Assembly (NCBI GenBank): GCA_048236535.1
Contig: DBFAQQ010000037.1
Span: 20,776-84,775 of the forward strand
Direction: 5' to 3'
DNA length: 64,000 bases
Source of the DNA: Collinsella sp.
Lineage (GTDB): Bacteria; Actinomycetota; Coriobacteriia; Coriobacteriales; Coriobacteriaceae
Both the position numbers and the translations under genes were made by a program. Within the stretch, counting starts at the first letter, position 1, and each line of letters begins with the position of its first letter. Below, one piece after another: positions 1-9,224 of this stretch. The notes below the pieces were generated by a model, which worked only from the letters and a program-made list of their open reading frames with translations, was not told the origin of the DNA and did no database searches.

Positions 1-729
1 GGGATAGCGCTCCCCCGCCGCAGGCGCTGGCGTTCCCTCGGTATCGGGACGCGTGACGGCAATCTCGCTCGCAAGCTCAAGCGTCGTGAGCGCCGAGCGA
101 GCGTCACCCGCTGCCAGCGTGCAAATGGTCTTAACCGTATCCTCATCGGCCGAGAATTTGCCGTTCAGGCCCTGAGGTGCCTCGAGCGCACGCTCGATAA
201 GCATGGCGATATCCTCGTCCTTTAAATGCTCAAGCTCCACGACGCGACCACGTGAGAGCAGCGCCGAGTTGACCTCGAAGTACGGATTCTCCGTCGTAGC
301 GCCAATCATAATGACGGTACGGTTCTCAACTGCATGCAGCAGGGCATCCTGCTGCGACTTAGAGAAGCGGTGAATCTCATCGATGAATAGAATGGTGCGG
401 CGGTCGTACGTATTCAGGCGCGTCTTGGCCTCATCAATCACACGACGCAGGTCCTTCACGGTACCCGTGACGGCGCTGACCTCGACAAACTCGCTCTTGG
501 TATGGTTGGCGATAATGTGGGCCAGCGTCGTCTTGCCCGTACCGGCCGGTCCGTACAGTATCACGCTCGAAAGCACATCGTGCTCGATCGCGGCACGCAA
601 CCATGAGCCCTTACCGACGGCCTTTTGCTGGCCCACATACTCGTCGAGCGAATTGGGGCGCATGCGCACCGCAAGCGGCGCATTCTGAAAGGAACGCTCG
701 CGCGTCGAAGCAGAAAAAAGGTCGTCCAT
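1..729 (-). CDS. rarA: Replication-associated recombination protein A (AAA+ ATPase), 3' part runs off the window
   Basis: Reverse frame from ATG at 729 reads MDDLFS...APLAVRMRP..LDEYVGQ...ILYGPAGTGKTT...LFIDEIHRFSKSQQDALL...IGATTENPYF; RarA/MgsA signature. Confidence 0.92.
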   Translation of the reverse strand, partial: MDDLFSASTRERSFQNAPLAVRMRPNSLDEYVGQQKAVGKGSWLRAAIEHDVLSSVILYGPAGTGKTTLAHIIANHTKSEFVEVSAVTGTVKDLRRVIDEAKTRLNTYDRRTILFIDEIHRFSKSQQDALLHAVENRTVIMIGATTENPYFEVNSALLSRGRVVELEHLKDEDIAMLIERALEAPQGLNGKFSADEDTVKTICTLAAGDARSALTTLELASEIAVTRPDTEGTPAPAAGERYP

Positions 730-789
730 AGCCATCCCGTGCATCAATCAAAAACGTTATCCACTAACAGTATACCTAATAGATACGAA

Positions 790-2037
790 CTACCGTTCGT
801 TAATATAGGTACGGTGCGGAAACTTCAATCCCGGAAACAGCTTGCTCGTGAGCTCGCAGAAATAACCGTCCGTCATGCTCGCGATATAATCCACCACGGC
901 TTGGTCCTTGTCGTCCTGCCAGGCATAGGTGCGATTGTAGTAGGAAAGCTGCTGCTCAATGCGCGAAATATGGTGCTTGAAGATGTACGAGGACTCGTCA
1001 CCTTCGTTTATATCCAGCAGGCAACGGTCGTAGAGCATTTCGAAAGCCTCGCGCAGCTCCGCCTCGGAATCGCCCTCGATACCGCCCTTACTGTAGATCT
1101 TCTCGTAGTTCTCCCGCTTGGCCCGGCGGATTTCCTCAAACAGGTCCTCGCTCATCTCGATACGCGGCTTACCATAACTGTGCTCAACGATATCGATGGA
1201 GGCATGCGTGAGGATCCAACTGTTGTAGGCACCGCCACGGCCATCATCAAAAGCGTCGGGCGAAAGCAGGCCCGCCGCGATCGCATCCTGACGGTCACGA
1301 CCGACGTAGGCAAGAATATCCGAGATGCGAACGACGCAGCCCTCGAGCGTCATGGGACGCAGATGCTCAATTGCGCTATAGCCCGTGGCAATGCAATCCT
1401 CAACCGTCTGGTCAAACTGGTCAACGGAGCTCATGTCCGAGATCTCAAACACACGCTGCTCGTACTCGCCGTTATGGCATAGCACGCCGTCGAGCGTCTG
1501 GAGCGACACGTTGCGGCCATACAACGCGTCGAGCACACGGACCGACTGCACGTTATGGAAAAAATAACGCCCCGTACGCTCATGATAGATATCGTTGAGG
1601 AAGCGCTCGCCGGCATGACCAAAAGGCGTGTGTCCCAAGTCGTGGCCCAGGCCAATCGCCTCGATCAGATCGCAATTGAGCCCCAGGGCGCGACCGATAT
1701 CGCGCGCAATGCGCGAGACAAGCTGCACGTGCAAACCGCGGCGTGACAGATCGTCATTGCTACGGAAGCTAAAGACCTGCGTTTTACCTGCATAACGGGT
1801 GTACGCCGGAAGATGAAGTATCTTTTCGGTATCACGCATAAACGCCGGACGCATAAGCGTGCCTTTGTCGGCGGCGCAATCAATACGACGAATGACCTGA
1901 TCATCGTTGCAACGATACGGGTTGACATAGCCCGAAGCACGATCGGCGGCAATGCGCTCGACAAGTTCGGGCGACAACGCCGAGGGAATACGGTCCATGC
2001 GCGCCTTAATGACGGCCGTTTCTTGATTAGATGCCAT
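790..2037 (-). CDS. HD-domain deoxyguanosinetriphosphate triphosphohydrolase (dGTPase-like)
   Basis: RYAGKTQVF, HDLGHTPFGHAGE, HNVQS, TLEGCVVRISD motifs; AAGGAG SD before MASNQ. Confidence 0.9.
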   Translation of the reverse strand: MASNQETAVIKARMDRIPSALSPELVERIAADRASGYVNPYRCNDDQVIRRIDCAADKGTLMRPAFMRDTEKILHLPAYTRYAGKTQVFSFRSNDDLSRRGLHVQLVSRIARDIGRALGLNCDLIEAIGLGHDLGHTPFGHAGERFLNDIYHERTGRYFFHNVQSVRVLDALYGRNVSLQTLDGVLCHNGEYEQRVFEISDMSSVDQFDQTVEDCIATGYSAIEHLRPMTLEGCVVRISDILAYVGRDRQDAIAAGLLSPDAFDDGRGGAYNSWILTHASIDIVEHSYGKPRIEMSEDLFEEIRRAKRENYEKIYSKGGIEGDSEAELREAFEMLYDRCLLDINEGDESSYIFKHHISRIEQQLSYYNRTYAWQDDKDQAVVDYIASMTDGYFCELTSKLFPGLKFPHRTYINER

Positions 2038-2068
2038 GGCATGCTCCTTAAGAAGGATGCGCAATCGG

Positions 2069-2491
2069 TTACAAAGTGCAGCCCACGACCTCGATTATGG
2101 CAAAAATCGGCACTAAAAACGGGAGCAATGGCAGGGAGCGCAATTTTGTGAAGAGACAGGAGAGGGCCAGGGCCAGGAGTGCGACGGCAAATGCCACGAT
2201 GCCACCCATAGGGTCGAGCGTGCAAAGCGCGAAGAGCGCCTTGGCATCCCCCATGCCGATGCCCGGGATTTGGCGAAGACGACGCCAGAGGGACTCAGTC
2301 AGCACGAGAGCAAGATACACAATGACGGCAAGACCCGCGTGGTCAAGCGCCGTGTTCAAACCGAGATCGAGCCAAACACCCGCCAACGCCGCCACGGCAC
2401 ATGCGCCGGCAAGCCCATTGGGAAACCGTCGCTCTCGGGCATCAATTGCCACGCCAGCAAAGATGCAAATCCAAAACGGGATATAGACCAT
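2069..2491 (-). CDS. Prepilin peptidase (A24)-like membrane protein, short form
   Basis: AIDARERRFPN and GIGMGDAK aspartate motifs, hydrophobic segments, LPLLPFL. Confidence 0.7.
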   Translation of the reverse strand: MVYIPFWICIFAGVAIDARERRFPNGLAGACAVAALAGVWLDLGLNTALDHAGLAVIVYLALVLTESLWRRLRQIPGIGMGDAKALFALCTLDPMGGIVAFAVALLALALSCLFTKLRSLPLLPFLVPIFAIIEVVGCTL

Positions 2492-2523
2492 CGGACGCCT
2501 CCTCGAGCTGCATCGCAAAAGCA

Positions 2524-2564
2524 AAAACCACCACAAAGGTGCCTGTCCCCTTTGCGATGGTTTT
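2524..2564. repeat. REP-like palindrome family A, copy 1
   Basis: AAAACCACCACAAAGGTGCCTGTCCCCTTTGCGATGGTTTT; near-identical inverted copy at 10320-10360. Confidence 0.8.
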
Positions 2565-2572
2565 GGTGGTGG

Positions 2573-3868
2573 TTATTTGGCGCCTTGCATGACCTCGTCG
2601 AGGGTGACGTTTACGGCATGCCGGGTAGGAACCCAGTCGACCTTCAGGAACAGCGCAGCCACCGTGATGGGGATATAGCTGAACATAAAAATCGGGAAGG
2701 TAAACAGGTTAGTCACCAGACGCCACTTTTGCGCGCAGTGAATGTGCTTGTACTCAAAGATAGTCGTGAGCAGCGCCAGGATAAAGAAGGTCTGATACAT
2801 CATGGCGAAGGTCATAATGAGCGAAGCGGCGCACGCCTGCATCTCGACCTCGGTAGCCAAGAAGCCGTGCGAAAGCCCGCCCACAATCAAGAACGTCGCA
2901 TTAGCGAGCATCGAGATCAGCGATAGCAGCATACCCGGGGCGATCGTCATGAACATGTCGTAGGCGGCAAAGCGATGATAGCGGAACGTCGACTTAACCA
3001 GATGCTTGCCGTAGGTAAAGAACACCTGGTAAAAGCCCTTGGTCCAACGCATACGCTGCTTCCAGGATGCCTTGAACGTCACGGGTTGCTCGTCAAAGAA
3101 CTCCGCCGGCGCATAGCCAATGCGAATACCGTGAATAGCGCAGAACGTAGTGAACTGAATGTCCTCGGTCAGCGTGTGGAACTGCCAGCCGTGCATGCCC
3201 TCGATAACGCTGGCGGAGATGAGGTAGCCCGAACCCGAAACGGCACAGGACGTCTTGCAGATGTTGCGCGCGTTGTTGAGAAAGCGCGCCTCGCGCAGAT
3301 ACCACGTAGCGTTAGCCGCAGAGATCCACGAACTGCCGAAGTTCTTAGAGTTACGGTAGCTGGTGACCACATGAAAGCCCTGGTCAAAAGCATCGTTCAT
3401 CTTTGATACGTAATCGCGGGAAATGACGTTATCGGCGTCGAAAATAAAGTAGCCCTCAAACGTGTCGGGATACTCGTTAAGGATGCGGTCAAAACCAAAG
3501 TCCATGACCCAGCTCTTGCCCTTACGAGCCAGGTCATTACGCTCGTACACGATAGCGCCCGCCTCGCGAGCGAGCTGCGCCGTGTTATCGGTGCACGCAT
3601 CGGCAACCACGAAGACCTCGATAAGCTCGGATGGATAGTCCTGGTCTTTGATGGAGCGCACGAGATTGGCAATTACCGCCTCCTCGTTATGCGCCGCAAT
3701 GAAGAAGGCATAGCGATGAAGCTTTTTGGCCTTGGGAGGCGCGACCTCGCCACGAAAAGCGCCAATGACAAAGAAGACCACCTGGTACAGAAAGCAGACC
3801 GTGAGCAGCGTGACGACAATCTGGTTGAAGATCACGATGGGTGTGTTGGTTTGTAAAAAGGCGAGCAT
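2573..3868 (-). CDS. Glycosyltransferase family 2 (processive, membrane-bound)
   Basis: IAAHNEE, DAD, TED and QRMRW motifs plus C-terminal TM helices. Confidence 0.9.
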   Translation of the reverse strand: MLAFLQTNTPIVIFNQIVVTLLTVCFLYQVVFFVIGAFRGEVAPPKAKKLHRYAFFIAAHNEEAVIANLVRSIKDQDYPSELIEVFVVADACTDNTAQLAREAGAIVYERNDLARKGKSWVMDFGFDRILNEYPDTFEGYFIFDADNVISRDYVSKMNDAFDQGFHVVTSYRNSKNFGSSWISAANATWYLREARFLNNARNICKTSCAVSGSGYLISASVIEGMHGWQFHTLTEDIQFTTFCAIHGIRIGYAPAEFFDEQPVTFKASWKQRMRWTKGFYQVFFTYGKHLVKSTFRYHRFAAYDMFMTIAPGMLLSLISMLANATFLIVGGLSHGFLATEVEMQACAASLIMTFAMMYQTFFILALLTTIFEYKHIHCAQKWRLVTNLFTFPIFMFSYIPITVAALFLKVDWVPTRHAVNVTLDEVMQGAK

Positions 3869-3950
3869 GCAGGCTCCCGAGAACGCGTTACGTAAACAAT
3901 CGTATATCTTACCGCAGGCTAGGGGCGTTCAAGAAACCACCTAATACTGG

Positions 3951-4964
3951 TTAGGCTTCGAGCAGACCGAGTTGGGGAACGATCTCGTCGCCAGCCGCAG
4001 TACGACCGAGCGAACGGGGTGACAAGTCATCAAGGACGGCAGCGAGATCCCACGGCAACTCGTCGCGGCACTCAATGCGCTCCCCCGTCACGGGATGTTC
4101 GAACGCCACGCGCCAGGAATGCAGAAACTGCCTGGTCAGACCCTGGTCGGCGCGTGCATCGCACTTACCGTAAAGTGGATCGCCCACGCAGGCGTGGTTG
4201 ATATGGCGCATATGCACGCGAATCTGATGCGTGCGGCCGGTAAACAGGTGACACTCGACAAGCGTGTAGCCGTCGTCAAAGCGCGTGGAATCAAAGCGCT
4301 CGAGGACCTTAAAGGTCGTAATGGCCTGACGGGCAAAGAGGTCGTCCGAAACCGCCATCTTGACGCGGTCGCGCGTGGAACGGGCGATACCGGTATTGAT
4401 GGTGCCCTCATCCATAGCGATATGACCGTGAACGAGCGTAATGTAGCGGCGATCGAGCGTGCGCGTACGGATAAGATTTTGAAGCGCGCGCTGGGTGTCG
4501 TCGTCCTTTGCCGCAAGCATGAGACCCGAGGTATCGCGATCCAAACGATGCACGATACCGGGGCGGTCCTCGCCCTGCACGGTGCCCAGATGGTCGATAC
4601 CGCAGTGATAGACCAGGGCATTCGCGAGCGTACCGCTCTCATGACCAAGTGCAGGATGGCACACCAGGCCGCGCTGCTTGGAGAGCACGATGAGGTAGTC
4701 GTCCTCGTAGCGAATATCGAGGGGAATGGCCTCAGGAATCACGTCAGTCGGATCGTGCGGCTCGGGCAGGTCGACCGAGATGCGGTCACCGGAGCGCACG
4801 GCATACTTTTTTGACAGGCAGGTCTCACCGTTGACGGCAACGGCGCCTCCCTCGATCAGATGCGCGCAGGCAGAGCGCGTGGGGCAGCCGTCGTTGGCAC
4901 CCAGAAAGGCGTCGAGACGCTGGCCAGAGCAATCGTCGGCAACAAGAATATGGATGTCGGCCAT
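3951..4964 (-). CDS. rluD: RluA/RluD family 23S rRNA pseudouridine synthase
   Basis: N-terminal S4 domain, HRLDRDTSG, TGRTHQIR; next to lspA. Confidence 0.9.
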   Translation of the reverse strand: MADIHILVADDCSGQRLDAFLGANDGCPTRSACAHLIEGGAVAVNGETCLSKKYAVRSGDRISVDLPEPHDPTDVIPEAIPLDIRYEDDYLIVLSKQRGLVCHPALGHESGTLANALVYHCGIDHLGTVQGEDRPGIVHRLDRDTSGLMLAAKDDDTQRALQNLIRTRTLDRRYITLVHGHIAMDEGTINTGIARSTRDRVKMAVSDDLFARQAITTFKVLERFDSTRFDDGYTLVECHLFTGRTHQIRVHMRHINHACVGDPLYGKCDARADQGLTRQFLHSWRVAFEHPVTGERIECRDELPWDLAAVLDDLSPRSLGRTAAGDEIVPQLGLLEA

Positions 4965-5563
4965 TAACGCTCATTCCTTTCGCGAATCTTGCGGGCACGC
5001 TCCCCACTTTGCTTGGCTTTGCGCTTGGCGCGGGCCTCATCACGGGCATTGAGCTCGGCAGTCGCATCGACTTCGCGGGCCGCAGGGCTCAAGAACATGT
5101 AGCCGATGAGGGCAAGCACGACGCCTACGGTGATGCCGATATCGGCCACGTTAAAGACGGGAAAGTCGATGAAGGTGGTGGCAATAAAATCGGTCACGAA
5201 GCCAAAGACCAAACGATCGATAGCGTTGCCGATAGCACCGCCCACAACCATCGCCATGCCCACAACCTCAAGATGGGCGAGCTGGGGTGCACGAACGAGG
5301 TACACGGCAATAGCGACAATGACCGCCAGCGCCAGCACGGCAAACGCGATGCCATGCCCCTCGCCCATGCTAAAGGCAGCACCGATATTGCGGACAAATA
5401 GAAAGTCGATCACACCGGGGATAACAGTCACATGTAAAGCGTCGCCCACGGCACGAACCGCAAGCTTGGTCAGCTGGTCAACGAGCAGCACAACCAGTGC
5501 CACACCACCAGCAACACCCAGCCGCCAACCCAAAGGCGGCGTCATAACCCCAGTACGACCCAA
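4964..5563 (-). CDS. lspA: Lipoprotein signal peptidase II
   Basis: DQLTK, NIGAAFS, GAIGNAIDR, VTDFI, FPVFNVAD; start could be 5563 (TTG) or 5545 (ATG). Confidence 0.93.
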   Translation of the reverse strand: MGRTGVMTPPLGWRLGVAGGVALVVLLVDQLTKLAVRAVGDALHVTVIPGVIDFLFVRNIGAAFSMGEGHGIAFAVLALAVIVAIAVYLVRAPQLAHLEVVGMAMVVGGAIGNAIDRLVFGFVTDFIATTFIDFPVFNVADIGITVGVVLALIGYMFLSPAAREVDATAELNARDEARAKRKAKQSGERARKIRERNER

Positions 5564-5683
5564 ATCAATCCCCTACCCTCAAGAACATCGAATTCCGTTT
5601 AACGCAATTAACCATCTTATATTGCCACACGCAGAGCGCACGACATATCCACCAACATAAGCGAAATAACCAGCTAAAAACGA

Positions 5684-5714
5684 AAGCGACATTCCGAATA
5701 ACGGAATGTCGCTT
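5684..5714 (-). terminator. Intrinsic terminator-like hairpin downstream of ileS
   Basis: AAGCGACATTCCG-aataa-CGGAATGTCGCTT followed by a T-rich run on the minus strand. Confidence 0.6.
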
Positions 5715-5798
5715 AATAGCTTTCGACTAAAAGCGCAAGTCGAAAGAAAGCCTCTAGCTCCAGCAATGGAAACGCCGCGTTATCGTCACCAACAGCGA

Positions 5799-5896
5799 AA
5801 ACGTCCCTAAGCGAGCAAGGTGACGTGAAAGAGGAGGGAAGCGTACTTTGGTACGCGACCGACGATTGAACGTCAGATTGCCGCTTAGGGGCGTTT
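5799..5896 (+). repeat. ~100-nt structured hairpin element, copy 1 (candidate ncRNA or MITE)
   Basis: Core TGAAAGAGGAGgGAaGCGTACTTTGGTACGCGAcCGACG shared with 48418-48519; outer arms complementary. Confidence 0.8.
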
Positions 5897-5905
5897 GCAG
5901 CGTCG

Positions 5906-5940
5906 GTAGGTTACGGCGTTCTACGAACGCCGTAACCTAC
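5906..5940. repeat. Perfect GTAG...CTAC palindrome overlapping the ileS stop codon (REP-like)
   Basis: GTAGGTTACGGCGTTC-TAC-GAACGCCGTAACCTAC, 16-bp stem. Confidence 0.65.
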
Positions 5941-8738
5941 AAAGCGTCGGCGCAGCGCTTGCAAATATGCGCGTGGCCGTTGTACTCGCCGACGGTGGTG
6001 CGGTAGTTCCAGCAACGGTCGCAGCACTCGCCCTCGGCTGCCTCGATGGCAACGGAGAGTTCCTCGCCCTGGGTCAGCTCAACATCGGAAACGATGTAGA
6101 ACTCGGCCAGGTCGACGGCCTTATCACCGGTCAGCAGCGCGTACATCTCGGCGGGAACGACCGCCTTGACGCGGACCTGCTGGCTCTTGGTGAAGGTGCC
6201 GGCGGAGCGGGCATCCTCAAGGGCCTTGGTCACGGCGCTACGGAGCTCGAGTGAAGCCTCGAGCACGCCCTCGAACTCATTGGCCTCGTCGAACGTGATG
6301 GGCGACTTGTACCAATCGAGCAGCGCGGCGTACTTCTGGTGATCGACGCAGCCGGCGGGCGCATAGGCCATGGCCTCGTCAACCGTGTAGGACAGGATCG
6401 GCTGAAGGTCGCGCATGAGCATCGAGAAGAGCTCGGCCAGCACGGTCTGGGCGCTGCGGCGCTCGAGCGAGCCGGGCTTCTCACAGTACAGACGGTCCTT
6501 CAGGGCGTCGAGATACACGTTGGAGAGCTCGGTAACCACGAAGTCGTAGAGCGCACGGTAAGCGCGCGGGAACTCGTAGCAAGAGTAAGCGTCGTCGACC
6601 TCGGCCTGGACCTGGGTCAGACGGGCAACCATGAGCTTGTCGAGCGGCAACAGGTCGGCAAAGGCGACGCCGTCGGTCTCGGGCTCAAACTGACCCTCGA
6701 GCTCGGAGAGCAAGAAGCGCAGCGTGTTGCGGAAACGACGGTAGGCATCAGACGTACGGGCGAGAATCTCGTGGTCGATGGAAACGTCGGAGCTGGTGTC
6801 GACCGAGGCGACCCACAGGCGAATGATGTCAGCGCCCATCTCGTCGCAGACCTTGTTGGGGTCGATGACGTTGCCGAGCGACTTGGACATCTTGCGGCCC
6901 TGACCGTCGAGCGTGAAGCCCTGCGAGACGACCGCCTTGTACGGAGCATGGCCGTTGGCACCCACCGAGGTGAGCAGCGAGCTCTGGAACCAACCGCGGT
7001 GCTGGTCGGAGCCCTCGAGGTACACATCCGCCGGATACTCCAGCTCGGGACGGTACTCGCAGACGGCCTTCCAGGAGACGCCGGAATCCCACCACACGTC
7101 GAGGATGTCCTTATCTGCCTTGAGATGATGGCCGCCGCACTTGGGGCAGACGCAGGCCTCGCCCAGGTAACTCTCGGGAGCGTCGGTGAACCAGGCGTCG
7201 GAGCCCTTCTCGTGGAAGAGCTTGATGACGGCGTCGAGCGTAGCGTCGTTCATGACCTTCTCGCCGCAGTCGGCGCAGGTGTAGCTGGGGATAGGCACGC
7301 CCCAGTTGCGCTGACGGCTGATGCACCAGTCGGGACGCTGCTCGACCATGGCGCCGATGCGGTTGGCGGCGTGGGCCGGATACCACTTGACGTTCTCGCG
7401 GACCTCTTTGCCAGCCTGCTCGCGCAAACCGGTCTTGTCCATCGAGACAAACCACTGGTCGGTAGCACGGAAGAGCACCGGGTGCTTGCAGCGCCAGCAG
7501 TGCGGATAGCTGTGCGTGATCTTCTTCTCGAGGACCAGGGTGCCACGCTCGCGCAGGAACTCGATGATGTGCGGGTTGGCCTCATCGGTGTCCATACCGC
7601 TGAAGGGGCCACCGGTACCAAACTCCTCGCCGGTGTAGAACTTGCCGTCGTCATCGACCGGCATGCAAATGTCGGTGATGCCCTCCTTGAGGCAGGCGAA
7701 GTAGTCGTCGACGCCGTGGCCGGGAGAGTTGTGGACGATACCGGTACCGTCATCGACACCGACGTAATCGGCCAGCAACGCCACGCCCTCAACACCGTCA
7801 AAGATCGGCTGCTTGTAGTGGATGTGGTGGAAGGTCTCGGCGGGAACCACATAGGGCTTACCGTCGACCATAACCGGGGTGTACTCCCAGCCAAACTCCT
7901 CGCAGCACTTGGGAGCCAGGTCCTCGAGCATGACCTCGGCACGGCCCTCGTGCTCAACGGCGACATAGGCGGCGCCGGGCTTAAGGGAAACGGCCTGGTC
8001 GGAGGGGATGGTCCACGGCGTGGTCGTCCAAATGATAAAGTCAACCGGGCCGTCGAAGTTCTCGAGGCCGGCGGGCTTGGAGGTCATCTCGAAGCGCACG
8101 AAAATGGAGGGGCTCGTCTCGTCAGAGTACTCAATCTCAGCCTCGGCAAGTGCGGTGTGGCAGTGCTTGCACCAGTGAACCGGCTTGTGGCCGCGATAAA
8201 TCATGCCCTTATCGAACATGGCCTTGAAGACCTCAATGTCGGCGGCATCGTGCTGGTGATAGAGCGTCAGATAGGGGTTGTCCCAGTCGCCGAGCACGCC
8301 CAGACGGCGGAAGCCGGCCTTCTGAAGCTCGATGTTCTCGACAGCGAACTCGTTGCAGAGCTCACGGATCTTGGCCGTGGGGGTCTGGTTGAACTTCTCG
8401 GTGCCGAGCTTCTCCTCGACCTTATGCTCGATCGGCTGACCATGGCAGTCCCAACCGGGGACATAGGGAACCTCATAGCCCTGCATCATCCAGTAGCGGT
8501 TGATCATGTCCTTGGAGATCTTGTTCATGGCATGGCCGATGTGGATCGGACCGTTGGCGTACGGAGGACCGTCGTGCAGCACGAACTTCTTGTGACCCTC
8601 GTTCTTCTTCAGAACCTGCTCGTAGACCTTGTTGTCCTGCCAGTCCTTGAGTCGCTTGGGCTCGGACTTGGAAAGACCGGCACGCATGGGAAAACCGGTC
8701 TTGGGCAGATTCATCGTCTGCTTGTACTCGTTTGCCAC
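5937..8738 (-). CDS. ileS: Isoleucine--tRNA ligase
   Basis: HDGPPYANGPIHIGH, WTTTPWT, KMSKS, C-terminal CDRCW zinc motif; GTG start after GAAAGGGG. Confidence 0.97.
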   Translation of the reverse strand: MANEYKQTMNLPKTGFPMRAGLSKSEPKRLKDWQDNKVYEQVLKKNEGHKKFVLHDGPPYANGPIHIGHAMNKISKDMINRYWMMQGYEVPYVPGWDCHGQPIEHKVEEKLGTEKFNQTPTAKIRELCNEFAVENIELQKAGFRRLGVLGDWDNPYLTLYHQHDAADIEVFKAMFDKGMIYRGHKPVHWCKHCHTALAEAEIEYSDETSPSIFVRFEMTSKPAGLENFDGPVDFIIWTTTPWTIPSDQAVSLKPGAAYVAVEHEGRAEVMLEDLAPKCCEEFGWEYTPVMVDGKPYVVPAETFHHIHYKQPIFDGVEGVALLADYVGVDDGTGIVHNSPGHGVDDYFACLKEGITDICMPVDDDGKFYTGEEFGTGGPFSGMDTDEANPHIIEFLRERGTLVLEKKITHSYPHCWRCKHPVLFRATDQWFVSMDKTGLREQAGKEVRENVKWYPAHAANRIGAMVEQRPDWCISRQRNWGVPIPSYTCADCGEKVMNDATLDAVIKLFHEKGSDAWFTDAPESYLGEACVCPKCGGHHLKADKDILDVWWDSGVSWKAVCEYRPELEYPADVYLEGSDQHRGWFQSSLLTSVGANGHAPYKAVVSQGFTLDGQGRKMSKSLGNVIDPNKVCDEMGADIIRLWVASVDTSSDVSIDHEILARTSDAYRRFRNTLRFLLSELEGQFEPETDGVAFADLLPLDKLMVARLTQVQAEVDDAYSCYEFPRAYRALYDFVVTELSNVYLDALKDRLYCEKPGSLERRSAQTVLAELFSMLMRDLQPILSYTVDEAMAYAPAGCVDHQKYAALLDWYKSPITFDEANEFEGVLEASLELRSAVTKALEDARSAGTFTKSQQVRVKAVVPAEMYALLTGDKAVDLAEFYIVSDVELTQGEELSVAIEAAEGECCDRCWNYRTTVGEYNGHAHICKRCADAL

Positions 8739-8780
8739 GGTACCCCTTTCATGTCGTGGGCGCGCACGCCCGTTGGGCAC

Positions 8781-9085
8781 CAAAAAAGCGCCCGTCCCTA
8801 CAAGCTGGGACGAAGCGCCACAAAACGGGCAGCCTGCCCGTAAAAGCTCTTCGCTTAACCACCCAGCTTAGATGCCCTCGCCCGCATATTCGCGCGCTCG
8901 CATCCGTTACTCGGCTGGCCTGTATCGACGACCATCTCGGCGATGTCTACTAAGACGTGCCTATGCGGCTCGTCCGTTGGGACCGCAGCTCCGGGGTGAT
9001 TTTCATCGGTCGCATGCACGGGTTCTCAGCGCTTCCCGCTCTCTGTAGCATGCGGACGGCCGACTACTCGTCCCCATCAACGCTT
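8781..9085 (-). promoter_or_regulatory. Ile T-box riboswitch (transcriptional) upstream of ileS
   Basis: Minus strand: Stem I with AGUA, AGAGA, GCUGAGA; specifier GAAA-AUC-AC (9000-8998); antiterminator GCUGGG-UGGUUAA-GCGAAG / CUUCGU-CCCAGC; terminator hairpin followed by U6. Confidence 0.92.
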
Positions 9086-9224
9086 ATGCGGAGTATGCTA
9101 GCACGTTCCGCGCCGGCGAAAAACCCTCAACACTGGTTTTATACGTTCGAAATTTCTCGCGGCCGAGGACCTTCTCTAGGAGCAAAATACCTGAAAGCAC
9201 TCTATCGAACGAAAGAAGGCACCT

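Noticed and set aside
790..2037. dGTPase as an anti-phage gene
   Set aside because: Core-like composition and housekeeping neighbourhood; nothing suggests a defence context
6339..8843. 834-aa plus-strand ORF opposite ileS (similar long ORFs lie opposite recG, infB, leuS, smc and scrB)
   Set aside because: Antisense shadow frames expected from high GC3 codon bias; no recognisable domains
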